This document shows positions 49,681 through 61,226 of a DNA stretch of 64,000 nt, piece after piece. The stretch's first letter is position 1; every line of letters begins with the position of its first letter. The stretch spans positions 79,486,001-79,550,000 of the forward strand of contig NC_058368.1 in assembly GCF_018350175.1 (NCBI RefSeq). The letters run 5' to 3'. The notes beneath the pieces were generated by a model. That model did not search any database, was not told where the DNA came from, and saw only the letters and a program-made list of their open reading frames with translations. A program made the position numbers and the translations under genes. The stretch comes from Felis catus. Taxonomy: Eukaryota.

Positions 49681-49882
49681 TTTTTCTTTTTAATGTTTAC
49701 TTATTTATTTGGGGTGGGGGGGGGGGCAAAGAGAGAGAGAGAGGGAGAGAGAGAATCCCAAGCAGGCTCCACACTGTCCTCGCAGAGGCTGACTTGGGGC
49801 TTGAACTCGCAAACCATGAGATCATGACCTGAGCTGAAATCAAGAGCCAGATGCTCAACTGACTCAGCCCCCAGGCACGCCC
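49681..49882 (-). mobile_element. Can-SINE, older subfamily
   Basis: GAATCCCAAGCAGG and GAAATCAAGAG diagnostics. Confidence 0.9.
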
Positions 49883-50180
49883 AGAGTTCTATTTTTTAAT
49901 GTTTGTCACTGCCCCAGATGTAGTATTTATTTATTACCCTCAAGTAACTACTTATATTGATCAATTTGGAACAGAAACCTGTCTCGCTGCTTTCTTGGAA
50001 CAAAACCACACAGAAAAAATAATTTGTTGGGTTTTTTTCTTCGGTTTCGTTTTCTTTCATGTTTGCCTTTTTGACTTCTCAGAGGCAATTGGGTTGAACA
50101 AACCTTTCAAAATTTAATCGGCCTCTTTGGGTCTGTAAGGATATTGGTAGATCCTAATGGCTTTAAGAATTTCAAAAGTA

Positions 50181-50392
50181 GGGGTGCCTGGGTGGCTCGG
50201 TCGGTCGAGCGTCCAACTTCAGCTCAGGTCATGATCTCACCATTGGGGGGTTCAAGCCTCACATCGGCCTCTGTGCTGACAGCTCAGAGCCTGGAGCCCG
50301 CTTTGGATGCTGCGTCTCCCTCTCTTTCTGCCCCTCCCTCACTCATACTCTCTCTCCCTCTCTCAAAAGTAAATAAACATTCAAAGAGAAAA
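50181..50392 (+). mobile_element. Can-SINE
   Basis: Flanked by AAGAATTTCAAAAGTA (50165-50180) and AAGATTTTCAAAAGTA (50393-50408). Confidence 0.94.
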
Positions 50393-50411
50393 AAGATTTT
50401 CAAAAGTAGAA

Positions 50412-50615
50412 GGGGCACCTGGGTAGTTCAATACGTTAAGCATTTGACTCTTGATTTCAGCTCAGGTCATGATCTCATGGTTTGTGAGTTCGAGCTCCAC
50501 ATCAGGCTCTGCACTGATCGCATGGAGCCTGCTTGGGATTCTCTCTCCCTCTCTCTCTCTCTGCCCCTCCCCTGCTCTCTCTCTCTCTCTCAAAATAAAT
50601 AAACATTTTTCTAAA
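50412..50615 (+). mobile_element. Can-SINE, older subfamily
   Basis: CTCTTGATTTC insert. Followed by AAGAATTTCAAAAGT (50616-50630). Confidence 0.94.
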
Positions 50616-52729
50616 AAGAATTTCAAAAGTTGCTGAGTATGGGCTTTGTAAATACCTGTTTTTTTGTTAATATTACCACTTCATCTGTGCTGATGGACAG
50701 CCCTGACGGCACAGAGAGGAGTGACCTCCCAACTCCATTTCCCCACAGATTTGTGTCTTCCGCTGCCACAAAACTTTCATCTCACTAATAACAAGGAGCC
50801 AAATATAGGTGGGTTTTGCTTCGTTTTCCTTATTTTCTACTTGGGGCGACCTTATTCACGAGCAACAGGAAGGCCAAAACTACTAGTACTGTTAAAGGAA
50901 TATCAGAATTACTTAAAAATAATCATGAAGAGAAAACGTGTTTACTCTTTCGAGCTTTAATTTGACAGACGTGGTGGAGCTCCCACCCTACGGCAGGCAC
51001 TGGGGACAAGATGACGGCGGGCACGCACCGCCCACCGCCCTTCAAGATGGCGTCCTGTGGCGCTCGCTCACCGGCTCTGACTAGGAAGTGACTAGTGACG
51101 GTGGCATTCTGTTGAAAACACGGAACTGACGATCAGGAAACCTGGTGTAGAATCTCTGTGTTGCCGTTTACTGGTCGCGTGGCCTTGGACCAATCGCGGT
51201 CTCTCTCGTTGGTTTCTCTCCCACAGAATGTGACCTTTGGCCCCAGTGAAATGGTTCCTTTCTACCCAGGGTTGTCTCATTGCCCAGGAGGCTCACATCC
51301 GTTGAGGAGGAAGCAGCATTTATGGCTGGTGCTCCTCTCGCTTGCCAGAGGGGTAACGTCCATCACAGAAATCCCCGCCCCTCCCCGCCCTGGGCATGTT
51401 TCTCCCACAATGCTCCGCGGCTTTCCACCAGGTCCTCTCTCTGCCCAAAGGCCTCACTGTGGAATCTTAACTGCTGGGAAAGAATAATTTTTCAGATACA
51501 TAAACCAGTTGGTGAAACCAGCCATACTTTAGGGGGGCTCGACTTCTCATTATGTAAAAAATTTCAAAATATTACGTCAGGCAAGGGAAATCCGTATGTT
51601 CTGAGGCCCAGCGCAACCCGTGGTCTCACCGCTTTACCCTGCTGGTACCAGAATTTCACAAAATCAACAAGAATCGTAATTCAATTGATCCGGTTTGATG
51701 AAAGCCACCGAAAATGAGAAGTAATCTCTTGCTGTAAGATTTCGCTGTAAGACTTTAGAGGAGGTTCTCTTAGCTAGCTGTATAAATACTATGAATCTAC
51801 TCTGATTTCCCCGAATCTCTGCATCAAAATCTGTGCGTATGAGATCAGTAAGTCTTACAGAAAGCCATAAATGTGGAACAGTAGGAAGACCCACTTACCA
51901 AGGACACGGTTCAACCCCACACGGGTGTGTTTGGAAGGTGTGTTGCCGACACGTGCCGATCAAAATACACGATGTATAATCTGTAGCGTCTGATGGTCAA
52001 AGCCTCTGCCTCCTTCTGCCCCCACAGCGATTTCTAGGCCGACCTGCCAAGAGAAAAAGCTGTTCTTCAGTTGCCCCCATGAGGACTGGGGGCTGAAACC
52101 CTCCACTTGAACATGAACTCCCCGAGATCTGTCACACGCAAATTTCCCACTGCCAACCCCGGCCTGCAGGACGGGAAACCAGGCTGATTCTGAAGCAGCG
52201 CTGAGTTGTGCGTTGTAAACAGTGACCTATTCATAAAGCATCTATACGACATTGTACCAGGCTAGCTTTTGTTCAGGACCAAACCCCTCTGTTTCCAGAA
52301 ACAACAGCAACCACACTTGCCCTTCAGTTCCAAGGTAACGGCTTACTAATGAGATTACCTTCTTCATCCTAACAGATTTTTCTGCTATGTGGAGACCGGG
52401 AATATGAGAACCCCTACTTAATTTAATGTCCTCTGAACATTAGTGATTTGAAAAAAATCATTGTTGTTTTGACGACGTTGTTGACATTTGAGACAGAGGA
52501 GCAGTTCACGGTGGGGACACCCGGGGCTCAGATCCGGCAAACAGAGAATGGCCCGCCATGCTGGTGACAGGCAGCATTCTCGAATGCAAACTGTGGGCTT
52601 GGCCTGATTGCCCGCCTACTGGTTGTGTGGTCTTGGGCGAGTTTCCTAAACTCTAAATCTGCACATCACCTAGGGCATTAGATCATTGGGGGGATTTCAG
52701 GAGATGCTGCATTAAAATAATCTTGCACA

Positions 52730-52920
52730 GGCGCGTGCCTGGGGGGCTCAGTCGGTTGAGGGTCCAACTTCGGCTTGTGAGTTCGAGCCCCACGTCGGGC
52801 TCTGTGCTGCCAGCTCAGAGCCTGGAGCCTGCTTCGGATTCTGTGCCTCCCTCTCTCTCTGCCCCCCCTCCTGCTCTGTCTCTCTCTCTCTCAAAAATAA
52901 ATGAACATTAAAAAATAAAA
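52730..52920 (+). mobile_element. Can-SINE with internal deletion, inside MIR-like sequence
   Basis: Lacks the CAGGTCATGATCTC segment and is otherwise a typical body. Confidence 0.88.
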
Positions 52921-53034
52921 AGAATCTGGCCTAGCACCTTGCACTACAGATGTAGAGTACATGGCATATGCATATATATGTGTGTGTACACATCCGTATA
53001 CATACATACATATAACGTTTTTAGTTATTGCTGT

Positions 53035-53423
53035 TGTTATCACCTTGCCAGGGCTATGGTAACAAAGCCTCACAGACAAGGGGCTTACACAGCAAAAATA
53101 TGTTCACTCACATGCTCAGATGCTCAGCATCCGAAATCAAGGTGCCAAGTTGGGTTGGTTTGTGATGAGGGCTGAGAGGGAGAATGTGTCACCAGCCTCT
53201 GTCCATAGTGTGCATCCGGCCGTCTTCTCCCCATCTCTCCACATCGTGTTTCCTCTGTGCAGCCTCTGCGCCCAAATTTCCCCTTTTTACAAGGACATCG
53301 GCCATACTGGATCAGAGCCCACCCACCATTTCATTTCACCTTGATTCCCTCCACAAAGACCCTATCTCTTATGTTAGGACTTTAACATACAAATTTGGAA
53401 AGAACACAGTTCAACCCATAACA
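53035..53423 (-). mobile_element. ERVL-MaLR solo LTR (MLT1B/C-like)
   Basis: AGGGCT...GTAACAAAG..CACAGAC, TCCGAAATCAAGGTG, TTTTACAAGGACA, AAAGACCCTAT, ACACAGTTCAACCCATAACA. Confidence 0.8.
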
Positions 53424-55033
53424 CTGATGCCATAAATAATAATAGCAATTGTTATTATTACCATTATTATTGTGACTATTTTTGGAGCAGAGGTCATTCA
53501 CTACAAGGAAGTGCATGACATCTTTGAGGGTAACAGGTGACTTACGGGGGGAGAGGGAATGTGCAGGAGCAAATGCATGAATGCTGGGCAGGGTATAAGT
53601 ATTGCTAAGGGCTGGTACCCAGCAAGGCTGGGCTGACAGAGCTCCCAGCCCCTTGTGGGGGGGGGGGTGCGAGGAAGGGAGTAAATTGCAGGTGTGAACA
53701 AGAGAACCCGTCAATAGTCCCCAGGCCAGCCCCATGGGAATGCGACGACAAAGCAATGACTTCAGTCACAGAGGAATTAAGCTCAGAAGGCAAGTTACAG
53801 ATACTGACTTGGGTTCCCTTCCCACCTCCCCCATGTGCCAGCTTAAAACCTCTCTGAAGCTCAAGGTCGGCCAAGGCTGAATGTTCTGGAGCTGGAATAA
53901 AGACTCAGTGGGGTAATGTACCTAAAGAACCCTGCTCAGAGCCCGCACATCGAATGCATAAGGAAAGCGTTAAGGTGTTCTGCTTCTTGCAGTTGTGTGG
54001 AGTCCCAGGCACGATTCTGGACCCTTGAGGACGTCCCCTGGCGTTCTAGGGACCTGCAGGAGATGGGTGCTTCTCCCTGAGAAGGCTGAAAAGCCACCTG
54101 ACCATGTAGGACAAAACGTTGCTGTAGACACTCCCCTCCTCAGGACCTCCTGAGGACCCGGAGGAAACCATCGGTTTTGAGTCAGGTTACATTGTCGCCA
54201 CGTGCACAGCGACATGGGGGAACAGAAGCTTCATGGGGGTGGGAGACACTCTGTGGACACCTGGTCATGCTTAGAACATTGTTTGTGTCCTATGTTGTTT
54301 GATTTTAATGCAAGAGAAGCTGCTGTATTTTGAAGGCCAAACCCATTTTCCTAAGAACCTATTATTTCACACACACCTATTAGCCAGCTAGGATCGAATT
54401 ACCACTCAAAAATGAGAAATCAGAATGTCCTTTTATAACATCAATGGGACACGCGCACACACACACACACGCACACACGCACATGCACACACAATCCAAT
54501 TCAACGTAGCCAATACCACCTGCTGATTGGAAATATGATTGTATGTGGCCCAAGAGCTACTTCTGCTCCCTACAAAATCAGCGTTTCTTTTTATTTTTTG
54601 AAGGAATTCCTGGAAATTCTTCTGGGCAAACAGCACACTCAGGGGAACAGATCACTTATACCGGGACTCTGACTGATTGTTACAAGAGATTCCCCAGCAA
54701 GACTTTGGAAAAGGAGAAAGTAAAGAAACCCAGAAAAAAAAGACAGTGAAAGTCTCCTATTGACTTGATAACACAGCCTCTCTTGTTCCTGGAACCTGAT
54801 TCACAGCTGATGGTGACTTATGGGAGGGGTAGAAGGAGGAAATATTTTAAAATCGAATTCTTTAAGACACAGAAAAGAATTAAAGACAACTGAGAAACTG
54901 AACACAAATCGTGCTTTTTCCACGGCTCATTATTTTTTAATCAACAACCTAAATATTTCAAGGGCACTTGTGTGAGGCCAATGTTTCGGGGGGATGAAAA
55001 ACTCACGTATTTTCCAAAGAAATGAATATATCC

Positions 55034-55245
55034 GGGGCTCCTGGGTGGCTCAGCCGGTTAAGTGTCCAAATTTGATTTCACAATCTGTGAGTTCGGGACC
55101 CAAGTTGGGCTCTGTGTTAACCGCGAGGAGCCTGCTTAGGATTCTCTGCCTCCCTCTCTCTGCCCCTTCCCCACTTGCAATTTCTCTCTCTCTCTCTCTC
55201 TCTCTCTCAAAAAAATAAATGAATAAACATCAAAAAAAAAAAAGA
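55034..55245 (+). mobile_element. Can-SINE, older and degenerate
   Basis: Head, CT tract and tail present. Short TSD AATATATC. Confidence 0.88.
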
Positions 55246-55860
55246 AATATATCTAACAGGACTTGTACAAAGTTCAGCAAAGAAAAAAAGTAAAACCAGG
55301 GAATCACTGACATAGTAATCACTAAAAGTTTATTGTGCACACAACACTCAAACCAAAACACGGGGTGAGGCTCGAGGGATTTCGTTTTGAAGCAGCTCAT
55401 CCAGAGTGCAGGCGGTGTTTATTCTTCACAGGGACTGGTTGCAAACTTAGCATTTTCTTAAGTCAGCGGAAATCAGTTAGTGGTTAGTTCGTATCAGTTT
55501 GGGGGAACAATTTAAGTTGTGCTTATAATTGCAGACCATAACCAAGACCCAAGTCAAGTTAGCCTCACTTTTCTTGTAAAATACAATAAATGAAGCTTTG
55601 CTTATAGAACTGAACTGCTTCTGTCTGCTCGGAGAACTTTCAGATCTGTTCTCCATTTGCGTTTGATTTGAACAGACTGAAATAGACATGTGTGTGCATA
55701 TGTACATTCACATATATATATACTTATATAGTAATATATATAACAATATAATAATTACGTATATAATATCATGTATGACATATACCTTGTATCACACATA
55801 TACACTAAATACATGTAATATATACACAAATAATAAGTATTTATAGCAAATCTATTTTCT

Positions 55861-56082
55861 TTTTTTAAATTTTTTTTTCAACGTTTTTTATTTATTTCTG
55901 GGACAGAGAGAGACAGAGCATGAACGGGGGAGGGGCAGAGAGAGAGGGAGACACAGAATCGGAAACAGGCTCCAGGCTCTGAGCCGTCAGCCCAGAGCCT
56001 GACGCGGGGCTCGAACTCCCGGACCGCGAGATCGTGACCTGGCTGAAGTCGGGCGCCTAACCGACCGCCACCCAGGCGCCCC
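55861..56082 (-). mobile_element. Can-SINE, young subfamily
   Basis: Perfect 15-bp TSD GCAAATCTATTTTCT at 55846-55860 and 56083-56097. Confidence 0.96.
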
Positions 56083-56990
56083 GCAAATCTATTTTCTAAT
56101 GCTGTCATACCACCCTCACTTGGCCATCATCTAATGGGGATGTATTATCCTGGTGCTTATCACCAGGGCCCAAAGACTATGCTTATATTACATAAAAGTT
56201 CAGCTTTACACTTAGAATTCATAGCTGGTCTCCCGTGTACAACTGAAATTGAGTATGTCACTAGAATTTCATAAAAAAAAAAACAGTAAAAGAGAGAGAC
56301 TACTGCTTTCAAACAGGAAGAAAGTTAGTAGGTTGCATGATATTTACGAGAAATGTTGTTGGACTTCAAAGCGAGAATTTGCTTTTAGGGTGAACAGTGA
56401 GTCAGCAGTACCTTTGTTAACAAAGGGTCATCAGCTCCTCGGCCATACTCGTTTAAGGGACAGTCAACAGGATCTCACCAGAAAACCCCCAGTCCCCGTT
56501 GCAACACACTTCTGCCATGTTTCACGGATCCTGTGCTGGAGAGCTCAGAACCTGATAAGACCCAGAAGGGCTCCAGCCAGAGTCAGACTCACAACACACA
56601 CAGACCTCAGAGATCAGCCTTAGCATCTGAAACACACAGTAACCCAGAACAGGGTTCACGTTCTCTGACAACTGGCCCGCAGGCATGACTCCGACAGCCT
56701 GCTCACCCTTGGCTAGTTGGCTCAAGGATCAAATTTTACTACCTGTTGGAGATAGCCTGTGATCTTGTTCCAAATACCTGAATAAACTTTTAAAGCCAGA
56801 GTGCAATCACCTGGACACATTTCCACAACCATCCATCCGTCGTTCACTATTGACTCAGCATGGCGCTGGGGGCTATGGGGGAAGGACACAGCCAGAAAGC
56901 CCCCCCGACCCGCCCCGCTCCCTTCAGCCCAGATGGGGCGACGGGGACAACACACAAAACAGAACACAGCTCATCAAAATTGTTCCGGTT

Positions 56991-57205
56991 CGGGCGCCTC
57001 GGGGGCTCAGTCAGGTGGGCGTCCGACTTCGGCTCAGGTCATGAACTCGCAGTTGGTGAGTTCGAGCCCCATGTCAGGCTCTGTGCTGACAGCTCAGAGC
57101 CTGGAGCCTGCTTCGGATTCTGTGTCTCCTTTGCTCTCTGCCCCTCTCCTGCTCACACTCTGTTTCTCTCTCTCTCCTTCAAAAATGGGTAAACATTATA
57201 AAAAT
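56991..57205 (+). mobile_element. Can-SINE
   Basis: TSD ATTGTTC(C/T)GGTT at 56979-56990 and 57214-57225. Confidence 0.93.
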
Positions 57206-58125
57206 TTACTTATATTGTTCTGGTTTTTGTTATTTCATTTTTTGAAATATGAACCCTGTCTTTGTCCGTCAAGTTATCAGCTAAAGAGAAAGAGCTACAC
57301 TGAGCGGCATCATGTTGCACTGACCGCACGTCCTGGTGGGTGTCAGGAATACAGAGGAAAGGGGGGTAGGGATGGCCGGGGAGGGATGGGGGCTACCCTG
57401 AAGAGGAGGGCTCTCAGCAGGGTTTCCTCTGAGGGGGAAATAGGGCTGACTTTCAGGGCGTCCCCAAATCTATACATCCGTCTTTCCCGTTTTCTCATTA
57501 GCACTTGTCAGCACCATGGACTCTTAAAATTCTGTGCGATAAAAAACATTAAAAGCAGTTCAGTAATTAAAGGTAACTCTTTCAGTGGGAGAGATTTTTG
57601 TTTTCATAATCTCCTCTTTGTGTGGAACTAGTTCTTGGTTCCATCCGCCACCGATAGCCTTTGCTCTGTTTACTTTAAAGAATAAGCCACTGTTTGATTT
57701 GGTTTCTTGTTTTCAGTCTGTAAACCCTGGGCTCTTGATCCTCTGTTCCAGGAAGGAAAAATAAAAGAACAAGCCTCTTTAAATATCAGAGCAATGGTTA
57801 CTTACAGATCCACACAGCCTCAACATGTTATAGAACAGTCACTTCGGAAAACGTGTAAGAATTTCCCAGCTGGCAGTCTTGATTTGGCAAATGTACCTCA
57901 ATTGAACCAATCACTTTTTATTTGGCTGTCAATTCGTTTGGTTTATTTCTGGCTGCACTTGTGCCAGAGTGTGCGTTTATTTCAAAAGGCCGTTCACCTA
58001 TGCCACGGTTCAAAGGGACCATTTTGTTCACTTAAGGCATCACTGTGATGATCCATGAAGATGTGGCTAAGGAAGGTGAGTCAGAACTGTGGGTCCACCT
58101 GGTAGCAAAATACACTGCAAAGTAC

Positions 58126-58129
<4 letters not shown>

Positions 58130-58158
<29 letters not shown>
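58130..58158. repeat. (GA)n microsatellite
   Basis: Seen directly in the sequence. Confidence 0.9.
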
Positions 58159-58160
<2 letters not shown>

Positions 58161-58197
58161 AAAGCATGATTAAAAGTGATTGAATGTTTAAATTTAT

Positions 58198-58420
58198 GGG
58201 TGCCTGGGTGGCGCAGTTGGTTAACCGTCCGACTTCAGCCAGGTCACGATCTCGCGGTCCGTGAGTTCGAGCCCCGCGTCAGGCTCTGGGCTGATGGCTC
58301 AGAGCCTGGAGCCCGTTTCCGATTCTGTGTCTCCCTCTCTCTCTGCCTCTCCCCCATTCATGCTCTGTCTCTCTCTGTCCCAAAAATAAATAAACGTTGA
58401 AAAAAAAAATTAAAAAAAAA
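58198..58420 (+). mobile_element. Can-SINE, young subfamily
   Basis: Young diagnostics. TSD TAAATTTAT at 58189-58197 and 58421-58429. Confidence 0.95.
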
Positions 58421-58522
58421 TAAATTTATTTAATTTTATTGATTAAGACACAATGAAGAAGCCAAAACAGAACGTCTAAAAGCAAAAGCGAAACACCAAA
58501 AAACTCTACAGCGAACTACATT

Positions 58523-58736
58523 TTTTTTTCAACGTTTTTTAATTTATTTTTGGGACAGAGAGAGACAGAGCATGAATGGGGGAGGGGCAGAGAGAGAGGG
58601 AGACACAGAATCAGAAACAGGCTCCAGGCTCCAAGCCATCAGCCCAGAGCTTGACGCGGGGCTCAAACTCACGGACCGCGAGATCGTGACCTGGCTGAAG
58701 TCGGACGCTTAACCGACTGTGCCACCCAGGCGCCCC
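58523..58736 (-). mobile_element. Can-SINE, young subfamily
   Basis: TSD ACAGCGAACTACATT at 58508-58522 and 58739-58753. Confidence 0.96.
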
Positions 58737-61164
58737 ACACAGCGAACTACATTCTTAAGAGTGTTATCATCCTCTAAATCTCTGCAGCTTTCATTACTTC
58801 CTTTGTTTATTTTCTTCATCAGTTGGCATTGACAGCTTAAAGCCGTCCCCTGCTTGATTTAACTAATCCAGAGCCGATGAGAAGTGCAGACTTAGAGAAA
58901 TTTCGTTTTATCCATAGATCATGATGGAGTCTCCATTCGCACTTGGGATTTACTTGATTGGATGAACCCATTTCCCCTTTCCTCTGGGTCAGCCCACTTC
59001 CCGTGAAAAAAACTAGAGTGGTCCCGGAGTCTGTTTTTCATCCAGGAAAAAAAAAAAAAAAAAAAAAGAGCCATTCTTGGAGCACCAATGAGGAAACACG
59101 TTTTCAAGAAAGAGCAGGTTTCTTGGGTATGATTGTGTTGATAGGCCAACAACGTGGCTGTCTTCAGAGGAAAAAGGGTTGCTGTTAATTGGTTTCACCG
59201 CATCAAAATATTTGATTTACAGGAGATTTTTGTGATTACACTGCTGTGTTTTTTACAGATGTTTGGCCTGTAACAATGCTGACGCTTACACTTTATATGC
59301 TACCTTCTACCTGTGTTTTCGGAGGCCTCAAGATGGAAAGCAGAAGAGCCCCTTGGGAACCCAGGAGCGTTTGAATGAACTCCACCTGTTATCGTCGTAA
59401 TAAGACTTTCAAATCGGAGTTCTTTCTGAGTCTGATTTTCCCCATATGCGGACACAGGGGGCAATACACCCAACACCAGAGCTCTCGTGACTGCTGAGCT
59501 CACGGACGGAGGACGGACGCGGAAGGGCTGCCTGGCTGGAGGCAGACACTGAGCTGTGCCCGGTCAGCCCCTCGCCCGTGGGAACCCCCCACACTGCTCC
59601 AGGGCTGAGCACGCAGTGACAGGTGTATGTCTAGGCCCGAGTGCAGGTGCGTCTGGGGCTGGGAGTGAAGGTCGGCGTCTTGATCCCCATATTTATTCCA
59701 CCGCCTGACACTGCCTCTCATTAGGTTCCCCCCGAAAATGAGGAGTGGAGAACCCTGCTCTCCTCTCCAGCCACGGAGGCAGGGTCAGGGGTGTGGATGC
59801 CAGCGCGGTGGGCGTGCCCCACTCCAGCCTTTCCTGTTGTTCCCCTGCTCCGATGAACGGGGGTCCTGCCCGCAGACGCGGCACCAACTCCCGGGGCACG
59901 TACCAGACGGAACCTCAAATACAAACCAAAATACACTGCGCTGATCTGCGGAACCCCAAGCAGACCCAAATTCAAAGCTTTTATTTTTGAAACTATGAAC
60001 AGAACCACGGTTTCAGAAACACCAGGAGAATCGTCCCAATGAGACGTTACTGTAGGAAGGAGGTCTAAAATCTTTTTCAGTGAGAAAATGCTGTTTCTTA
60101 CTCTACTTGCTAAAATTGCTGAGTTTGTTATTAAAACAGTCACCTGACCCTACATCGGGCCATGTTTTATTTACCCGAAGATCTCTCAGTCAAATGGAGA
60201 TACAATCAGTGTTATCAATTTAGGTATTTCTGTGGCCTCTATTCAGGTGACGTGTTAAATCTATGTCTCTGTGAGAAGTACATTGATTTTTTTTTTTTTT
60301 ACAGCAGGACTTTTTTTTCAGCTCCGAGAACAGCTGACAACTGCAAAACCGTGCAGATGGCCACATGGAAGAATCTGCTTGGATGATAAGATAGTTTAAA
60401 AGAGAAATCACCTTACTGCACATCACATCCTGAACGACTGTCAAACTAGGTCAGGAGCCGTGTTTGATTGGACCGTGCCAAAATATTTAACGAATTGAAT
60501 TTCCCAGAGTTTACGACAACTACGGCCACAGCAGCCCGGACCTCACGCCCGATGTCTCTTTCATCCCTTTGTTTATAAAGCCTGGCCTGGGACCGTGACA
60601 AGCAGCCTGGGCAGTGTGCCTGTGGACCTGGCCAGCTGCTACAAGGACCCCACGATGGTCTTTCTCATGACGACGTGGCTGACCTGACGACGACTGACGC
60701 AAACATAATCGTGGTAAAATACGGAGCGCCTGACGGTAGGGTGCAGGCACTCAGCCAACCCCTGAGCCTCAGTATGCTTAAGTAGGTTTGTAAATGCGCA
60801 AAAACGTGAAGCCAGGTGTTTATCAGAGAAAAGAGTCTCTTTGTAGGAAAGAAAGAACATCCTCTTGATCTGAGAAACACAGCACTCCAGAAGCAGACGT
60901 CCGCTCTTGGTGGCGATGGCTGGCCTCTGCCTTAAACAGCAAACTTGCAGATTAATGAAGATAGTAAAATATAGCACCTTCCTTCTGCCTCCAGGTGTAA
61001 TATTTTATTCATAAAAGAGCCGGGTGAGCCTTGATTTATATGGACTTTCATTAATAGGCAAGATTCAATCACAAGGCTTCCACCAGTCCGTCCAGGCTTC
61101 CTTAAATTCAACACCCCGTCAAATGGCAGTGGGCTCTCTCCCCTCTTCGGGGATACTTCCCAAA

Positions 61165-61226
61165 AAGGAAAAGGGAAAGGGAAAAGAAGGAAGGAAGGAA
61201 GGAAGGAAGGAAGGAAGGAAGGAAGG
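61165..61226. repeat. (GGAA)n microsatellite with purine-rich lead-in
   Basis: Seen directly in the sequence. Confidence 0.93.

Noticed and set aside
56801..57631. Longest ORF in the track (276 aa)
   Set aside because: It has a non-ATG start and reads through a Can-SINE (SAQVM...LTAQSLEPASDSVSP) into unrelated sequence. No recognisable domain.
1660..58400. Recurring peptide family 'WVAQSVERPTSAQV...SLEPASDSVSPSLSAPPP' in many ORFs
   Set aside because: These are translations of Can-SINE copies, not a multigene family.
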